This document shows, in pieces, positions 40,094-64,000 of a stretch of DNA of 64,000 nt (the stretch's first letter is position 1; the number at the start of each line of letters is the position of its first letter). The DNA is from Octopus vulgaris. Its lineage: Eukaryota. The position numbers and the translations under genes are program-made. The DNA is taken from positions 8,370,001 to 8,434,000 of the forward strand of contig CATOCA020000001.1 in the NCBI GenBank assembly GCA_951406725.2, given 5' to 3'. The notes below the pieces were generated by a model. That model made no database searches. It worked only from the letters and a program-made list of their open reading frames with translations, and was not told the origin of the DNA.

Positions 40094-40894
40094 CACACAA
40101 GTCGGACGGCGGATGGAACAACGGTTTGCCTATTGATGAGAGAATCGGATGTGAGGACATCTGGATGGAACTCCGCTTCAGAGAGCATCGTGCGGTGTGT
40201 GGAGGGAGAGAAAGGGACGGAGCGACGGCGAGTGATGCCTATTATTAAAAAGAGTGAGAATAATATAAAATAGTGTTTATAACACATTATCGATAAAGAT
40301 CGAACATTGATCAATGGAATTAGTACAGATTGCGACTCCACGTCACTGATTCGTTTTTTATTTCGCTTTTTCACATTTCCAATTCTTTACTTTTCCTTTC
40401 ACTCTGCCTGCAATCGTCACACAGTTTGCATGGTCGCTGGAGTGAAGTGGCTTAGAGGTTAGGGGTATTCGGCTTAGATTTGGGGTGATATATTAATATA
40501 TGCTGAGGTGGGAGAGCGAGGATTTTCTAAGTACCCTTAATTTTTATATGAGTGACAACACAAAACTTTGATATACTTGGCTGTTATTTCTAGCATCACC
40601 TAGGTTCACCAATTGTATATTATTCCTCCGGATGCTTCTTAACGTCTCCTTCAATCTTTCATGAAAAACAATGCAGAATATAGTGTATTGAACTGTTATT
40701 TCTACCATCTTACCCGACCACCTGTAGGACAATATGTTTGATAGACGCTTCGTCGAGTGTCCTGCTTTTATAAAATAAAAACTTTAGGAATTTCAAGGTG
40801 TTTGGTTGCTGTTTCACGAATGATGCGAGACAATAGAGAGGTGAGATTCTTTTACAAAAGTCGAAATTGTTTTGGGAGGGAAACAATGAGATTA

Positions 40895-40948
40895 AGGGAA
40901 AGAAAGAGAGTGAGAGAGAGAGAGAGTAAAAAGAAGGAAAGAATGAAA

Positions 40949-40986
<38 letters not shown>

Positions 40987-41860
40987 GAATGAAAAGAGAA
41001 AAAAAGAAGGAAAGAAAGAAAGAAAGTAACGTGATTCTGTAATAATGCATGAAATGGGAGCGGGGAGAGAGAAAGAAAGGAAGGAAGGCTGGAGGGAAGG
41101 AAGGAAGGAAGGAAGGAAGGAAGGAAAGAAGGAAATAAGGAATGAAGGAAATAAGGAAGTAAAAGAAGGAAGGAAAGAATGGCAGTAAGGAAAGAAAGAA
41201 GGAAAAAAGGCAGTAAGGAAAGAAAGAAAGAGAGACAGAAACAAAGAAAGAAAGAAAGAAAGAAAGTAGAAAGGAAAGAAAGAAAGAAAGAAAGAGAGAA
41301 AGAAAGAAAGGGAGAAATAAAGGAAGAAAGGGAGAAAGTAAGAAAGAAGGGGAAACAGAAAAGAAAGAAGGTTAGAAGGAAAAAGAGGGAAAGATAGAAA
41401 GAATGAAGGGAAAAAAGAAAAAAAGAAAGAAAGAAGGAAAAAAGAAGGAAAGAAAGTGAGAAGGATAAGAGCAGGGTGAGAGGGAGAGAGAGAAAAGGAG
41501 ACAAGGAAAGGAAACGAAGCAACGACAGAAAAAAGAAAGGAAGAAAAATGAAAGACGGATTGAAGAAGGAAAGATGAGAGGGAAGAAAGAAAAAAAGAAT
41601 GAAGGGTAAGAAGAAGGAAATGAAAAACAGAAAGTAAACAAAGAAATAAGGAAAATAAAGGAAGGAAGGAAAGAAAGAATGAGAGAAATGAAGGAAGGAA
41701 GAAAGAAAGAAAGAAAGGAAAGAAAGAAAGAAAAAGGAAAAAAGAAATGAAGAAAGAAAGAAAGAAAGAAATGAGGGAAATGAAGGAAGAAAGAAAGAAA
41801 GAAACAAACAAAAAAAAACAAATAAAGAAGAATGAAAGAAAGAAAGAAAGAAAGAAAAAA
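40895..41860 (+). repeat. Polypurine (GAAA/GGAA)-rich low-complexity tract
   Basis: Read directly from the sequence. Confidence 0.95.
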
Positions 41861-42936
41861 AGTGTGTGTGTATACGAAGAGCCTCTTTCAGTTTCCGTCT
41901 ACCAAGTCTACTCTTAGGTCGACCCGAAGGTATAACAGAAGACATCTGGACAAGGCGCCACGCAGTGATACCGAACCTGGAACCATACGGTTGGGAACCA
42001 ACTTTCTTACCGTAAAGCCCTGTCTGTAATTTTAGTTGATAAAACAAATAAAATCTTCGGATACATGTTTCTGATAGTTGAACTTTCTGCTCCACATGTA
42101 TTCATGGAGAGAAGGAGGCGTGAAATATTTCACGCTATGGCTGTAATATCGTTTCTTTTAATTCAGCTGACATCCATCTCGATAATCTTTCGTTTTAAGT
42201 ATTCACGCGCAGAAAGAAAGAATACAGAAAAATCTGCAAACCAAATAAATTAAATGTGATTTCTTTTCAAAGTGAAATATATTCCAAAATTGCTAATTGA
42301 TTTAAGATATGGCTGAGGGTACTCTGCCTGTTGTTTCTAGCTTAAAGAAGGTCGTATCTATGCAGTGAGAAGGAACATGTCTCCATAGACTTCACCATCT
42401 GCATTCAGGATGGGAATAAAAAGACAATAAACTGAAAAGCAAAAACAATGTCGATATGTGGTACCTGGCTGTTATTTCTAGCATGATGCGAGGCCAAGCT
42501 TAGGAGAATATCCTTAACGTTCTCTGACGCGTCATCAGAGCGAACGATTTGCACGAAACTTGTTTAAACAGCGGAATTAAGTCTGAGCCTCTTCTAAGTG
42601 CTGTGTATTGCGTCGCCGAATGGAAGCTTGGCCGCATCCACAAAGGGAAAAAGGATGAAGAAACGCGAATGCGCGTTGACTTGTGATTTCAGTTGCTGCA
42701 GCATCCAACCTATGATTTGTATTGAGATGTAAGTGTGAACGATTGGAACCAAATGCAGCTGAAAGGCACGAGGAATTCTGAAACTTTCATTATTACACCG
42801 GATCGATGTATTTAATTATTTAATTAATGATTAATTACAGACTTACTCTATGTATGTGTGTCCGCGCGTGTGTGTGTTTACATTTTATTAAACCCCATGG
42901 CTTCACGACCAGTGTTTGGTTGTTTACGTCCCTGCG

Positions 42937-43072
42937 GTCGACTTTGCCTTTCATCCTTTCGGGGTCGATAAATTAAGTACCAGTTACGCACTGAGGTCGA
43001 TGTAATCGACTTAATCCGTTTGTCTGTCCTTGTTTGTCCCCTCTATGTTTAGCCCCTTGTGGGTAATAAAGA
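42937..43072 (+). mobile_element. SINE family B 3' fragment
   Basis: Reverse-complement match to 30478-30612. Confidence 0.8.
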
Positions 43073-43319
43073 CAGAGTAACTTAGTCGTTTGGCAAAAGT
43101 TACCGACAGAAGTATTATGCACGCACGCACACACACGCACATGCTGGAGTACTCCCTTCAATTGAAATTCCTGATAAGTTTACTCCAGCCTGGCCGCTGT
43201 GCAATGACTGAAGCCCTTAAAAAAACGTAAGGTCTCAATGAAACACTCCTTTCTTCTTCCCTAAACATATTCGCCAATTTCGAAAGACTTCAATGAATTA
43301 TTTAGATTAAAACAGATTT

Positions 43320-43815
43320 GGAAATGAAAGAATGACAGAAAGGAAAGAAAGAAAGAAAGAAGGAAAGAATGAGAGAAATGAAGGAAAGAAGAAAGAAAGG
43401 AAGTAAGAAAGAAAGAATGGAAGGAAGGAAGGAAGAAAGAAAGAAGGAAAGAAAGAAACGAATGAACGAAAGAAAGAAAGAAAGAAAGAATGAGAGAAAT
43501 GAAGGAAGGAAGAAAGAAAGGGAAGTAAGAAAGAAAGAATGGAAGGAAGGAAGGAAGGAAGAAAGAAAGAAGGAAAGAAAGAAAGAAAGAAAGAATGAAC
43601 GAATGAACGAAAGAAAGGAAGAATGAAAGAATGAGAGAAATGAAGGAAGGAAGAAAGAAAGGGAAGTAAGAAAGAAAGAAAGAATGGAAGGAAGGAAGAA
43701 AGAAAGAAAGAAGGAAAGAAAGAATGAGAGAAATGAAGGAAGAAAGAAAGAAAGGGAAGTAAGAAAGAAAGAATGGAAGGAAGGAAGGAAGAAAGAAAGA
43801 AGGAAAGAAAGAAAG
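43320..43815 (+). repeat. Polypurine tract with ~4 tandem units of ~95-140 bp
   Basis: AGAATGAGAGAAATGAAGGAA...GGAAGTAAGAAAGAAAGAA recurs at ~43366, 43487, 43628 and 43721. Confidence 0.88.
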
Positions 43816-44169
43816 ATTTGGAAATCTTCACAGATTTTATTTCACAAAACAGAACCTGATACAGTTTCAGGCAAAAAGGGATGCAAGAAGAGTTACTATC
43901 CTTACCGTTCGCTCCTCCCATCTAATTATATAATTCACCTTGACTCCACCCATTTCATTTATTACCTCCTACCCTTCCTCTATTTGCAAATATATTCATC
44001 GTCCTCTCTCTCTCTCTCTCGCTCCCTCTTTCTCTGTCTCTCTATCTCTTTCTATTCTCTCATCTCATTATTTATTACAGAATCCTCCCACTCTCCTCTT
44101 TTCCGTCTTAACCCCGCCCCCCGTTCTCTACCTTGCTAGACACATATAGCATTTTGTTTCAATCCCCCC

Positions 44170-44760
44170 TCTCTCTCTCTCAGTCGTTCTTTCTCTCTCT
44201 CTCTCTCTCACCCTCCCTTACTCTATATATCTTTCTATATCACTCCGTCACTCTTCTTTCTCTCTCTCTCCCTCCCTTCCTCTCTCTCCCATTCGTCCTT
44301 TCTCTCTCTCTCTCTCCTCCCTTAATCTATATATCTTTCTGTATCACTCTGTCACTCTTCTTTCTCTCTCTTACCTCATGCTCTCTTTCTCTCTCCCTCC
44401 CTTCCTCTCTCTCTCAGTCCTCCTTTCCCTCTCTCTCTCTCCTCCTCCCTTAATCTATATATCTTTCTATATCACTCTGTCACTCTTCTTTCTCTCTCTT
44501 ACCTCTATCCTCTCTTTCTCTCTCCCTCTTTTTCTCTCTCTCTCTCAGTCGTCCTTTCTCTCTCTCTCCTCCTCCCTTACTCTATATAACTTTCAATATC
44601 ACTCCGTCACTCTTCTTTCTCTCTCTTTCTCTCTCCCTCCCATCCTCTCTCTCTCAGTCGTCCTTTCTCTCTCTCTCTCCCCCTCCCTTACTCTATATAT
44701 CTTTCTATATCACTCTGTCACTCTTCTTTCTCTCTCTTTCTCTCTCCCTCCCTTTCTCTC
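44170..44760 (+). repeat. Minisatellite, ~5 units of ~110-130 bp
   Basis: CCCTTACTCTATATATCTTTCTATATCACTCTGTCACTCTTCTTTC recurs five times with variants. Confidence 0.88.
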
Positions 44761-45501
44761 CCGTCTACCAAAACACGTCAATCATCTTCTCCCTCTTTGT
44801 CTCCTTTCTCTCAGCCTCTCATTTTCAACACACCTCCGCCTTCCTTTCTATATTACCTCATTCTCTCCTCTTGCTTCAAATATATATCAGTCTCTCTCTC
44901 TCTCTTTCTCTCTCTCTATCTATCTATCTATCTCTCTTTCTGTTTCTCTTTCTCTTTTGGTATCTCTCTTTCTTTCATTCTGTGTCTCTCTTTCTGTCTC
45001 TCTATCTGTCTCTCTTTTTCTCTCTTCCTTTCTTTCTCTCTCTCTCTTTCTGTCTCTCACTCTCTTTCTCTCTTTCATTCTGTCTCTCTCCTTCTCTTTC
45101 TTTCTTTCTCTCTCTCTCTTTTTCTGTCTGTCTGTCTGTCTGTCTCACAATCTCTTTCTCTCTCTTTGCATATTATACGTTAATGTTGGTTCCGTCTTTC
45201 TGTCTGTCTGTCTGTCTGTCTGTCTCTTTCTCTTTCTGTCTCTCTCTTTCTGCCTTTCTATTTCTGTCTCTCTCTCTCTCCTTCTCTCGCTCTCTCCCTC
45301 CCTTTCTGCCATCTTCATTTCTATGTCTCACACCCTTTTCTCTCTTTCTCTCTCTTTGCACATTATACATTAATGCCGATTCCGTAGGTTTCACTTTCTC
45401 TTTCTTTTCCTCTCTCTCTTTCTCTCTTTCTGTTTCTCTCTCTCTCTCTCTCTCCTTGCACATTATACGATAATGTCGTTTCCTTATGTGTCACTCTCTC
45501 T

Positions 45502-45532
<31 letters not shown>

Positions 45533-46289
45533 CTCGTTCTTTCTTTCTTTCCCTTCCGCTTTCTTCCTCATTATATCTTACCCTTTCCATCTTCCTTTCT
45601 TTTTATTTCTGAGACGCTACTTTCTTTCTAATAAATTATATTTTCAACTTTGCCTTAATTTTTTTTCTCTAGTTTCTGTTGAGTAGAAACAAATAAATCA
45701 TGTAACTAATGATTAATTACATAATTAATGTGTAATTCATAATTGAAGTAATTAAATAGTTCAATCAGTGATTGAAAATTTATGAAACATTTATAAAAAG
45801 AATTGTCCTCTAAATAATTTCCCATCACGCTAGAAATAACCACCAAGTACACGAAGATATGCGTTGCTTTTGATAGAAAATTGAAAGGCACTTTAAGAGG
45901 GGTTTGTAGTCAGCCCCAAACACAAAACAAGGGACTTCATATCCTCAGAGTCTAATCCTTCATTTTTTATATAAATGAAAGGCAGTTACGATGAATTTAT
46001 GAAAGAAACTCACTTCTATAATGTCTCGCATCCTTCGAGAAACATCAACCAAGGGACATCGGATCTGCGATGTTGTTTCATATAAAAAAAGGATATTTGA
46101 TGTAGCGTCTATAAAATAATAATGAAGCTTGATAGTTTACCATTCCTTATGTGAGCTTTGGCTGTGATATCTAGCAGTTCCAGAGGTCTTGTGCAGATTG
46201 CAGAAAAGAGGGAATTAAAGAGTAAGAACCGGAAGTGTAAAAAGGCGAAATTCTAAATGTCAAAAGTCAAACGAATCAGTTATACTCTT

Positions 46290-46663
46290 TACTCTCTCTT
46301 TTACTCTTTTACTTGTTTCAGTCATTTGACTGCGGCCATGCTGGAGCACCACCTTTTAGTACTTATTCTATCGGTCTCTTTTTGCCGAACCGCTAAGTGA
46401 CGGGGACCTAAATACACCAGCATCGGTTGTCAAGCAATGCTAGGGGGACAAACACAGACACAAAAACACACACACACATACATATATATACATATATACG
46501 ACAGGCTTCTTTCAGTTTCCGTCTACCAAATCCACTCACAAGGCTTTGGTCGGCCCGGGGCTATAGCAGAAGACACTTGCCCAAGATGCCACGCAGTGGG
46601 ACTGAACCCGCAACCGTGTGGTTGGTTAGCAAGCTACTTACCACACAGCCACTCCTGCGCCTA
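46290..46663 (-). mobile_element. SINE family A, young deletion subfamily
   Basis: Near-identical reverse complement of 12830-13210, including the same internal deletion. Confidence 0.9.
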
Positions 46664-47038
46664 TATGTTATGTGTAGAAGTGTTCGATATTTATTGATAA
46701 TGTTTTCTAAATAGTTCGATCTCTTATTTACATTGAATTCTAATTGGATATCTTCAGAGTCTGCGCAGTAAAACAGATTTTATTTAACACAACGGAAAGT
46801 AATACAGTTGAAAGCAAAAAGGGATGCAAGAAGAGTTACTACCCTTGGTTCGTCTGTCTTGTTTCCTCCCACTCCAATATTCCTCACCTCTCACTCTCCC
46901 TCGTTTAAGACAACGCCCTTTCTCTCTCTCTCTAACACTCCCACCTCATTATATAATCCAATAAGACTCCGCCCCTTTTACTTTCTTTATTACCTCTTAC
47001 TCTTCCTCTATTAATATATTTATTCGTTCGCCATCAAT

Positions 47039-47069
<31 letters not shown>

Positions 47070-47799
47070 TATCTGTCCCTCCCTCCCCCCTCATTATATG
47101 CTTCCTCTCACTTGTTCTCACTCTCCCTCTCTTTCACCTTTTCTATCTCTCACTTCTCCCTCTTTCTCTCCTTCCTCTCAGTAACTCATTATTTATTTAT
47201 TTTAACCACTCCGCCTCCCTTGCAATATCGCTCACCTCATCCTCCCCCTCACTCACCAAACATATATATATCAGTCTCTCTCCCCTCTCTCTCTCCTTTC
47301 TCTCTCTCTCTCTCTTTCACTGCTTTACATAATATCCTATCACTCCTCCTCTTTTACTTTCACTCTTGCCTCATACTTTCCCTTTTATGCAAATCTTATA
47401 TTTCACTCCCTTTCTGACTTCTATTTCTCTCTCTCTCTTTCTCTCTCTCTTTCTTTCTCTCTCTCCCTCTCCCCTCTCTGCCACCTTCATTCTCTCTCTC
47501 ACATCCCTTTCTCTCTCTCTCCCTTTGTCTGTATGTCTCTGTGAATATCTGATTCTTCTCTCTCTCTCTCTCTCTCCCCATCTAGTTCTTCCTCATGTTT
47601 TCTCTCTCCTTCTCCTTCTCTCTCCTTCTCCTTCTCTCTCTCTCCTTCTCTCCCTCTCTCTTCCCCCTCTATATATTAACACTTCGCCTTTTATTCTTCG
47701 TCTCTCAACTCATACTTTCCCTCTCTACTCAAAACGTTTTCTTCTATTTCGCTCTTTCTCTCTTCCTCTCCCTCTCTCACCTTCTCCTCCATTGCAGAA

Positions 47800-64000
<16,201 letters not shown>

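Overview
Repeat-saturated eukaryotic intergenic or intronic DNA. It is most likely a coleoid cephalopod (Octopus-type); this is inferred from the tRNA-derived SINE families and microsatellite load, not proven. No host protein-coding gene is supported, and nearly all listed ORFs are microsatellite or low-complexity artefacts. Positions 1-47 kb are a nested mosaic of decayed mobile elements: Gypsy gag-protease and integrase pieces, RTE, R4/Dong and Tx1 non-LTR fragments, two Penelope-like (GIY-YIG) fragments, mariner copies and MITEs, Helitron and Chapaev-like remnants, and at least four SINE families. Positions ~47.8-64 kb are a polypyrimidine (TTTC/TTCC) satellite containing a 100-N gap. The most notable signal is a set of about nine minimal hammerhead-ribozyme-like motifs, mostly in segments bounded by (TA)n. 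They have palindromic stem III and covarying catalytic cores (C3-G8, U3-A8, G3-C8), and several sit in large inverted duplications, consistent with Penelope-like pseudo-LTRs and non-autonomous derivatives. All folds and family calls were made by eye.
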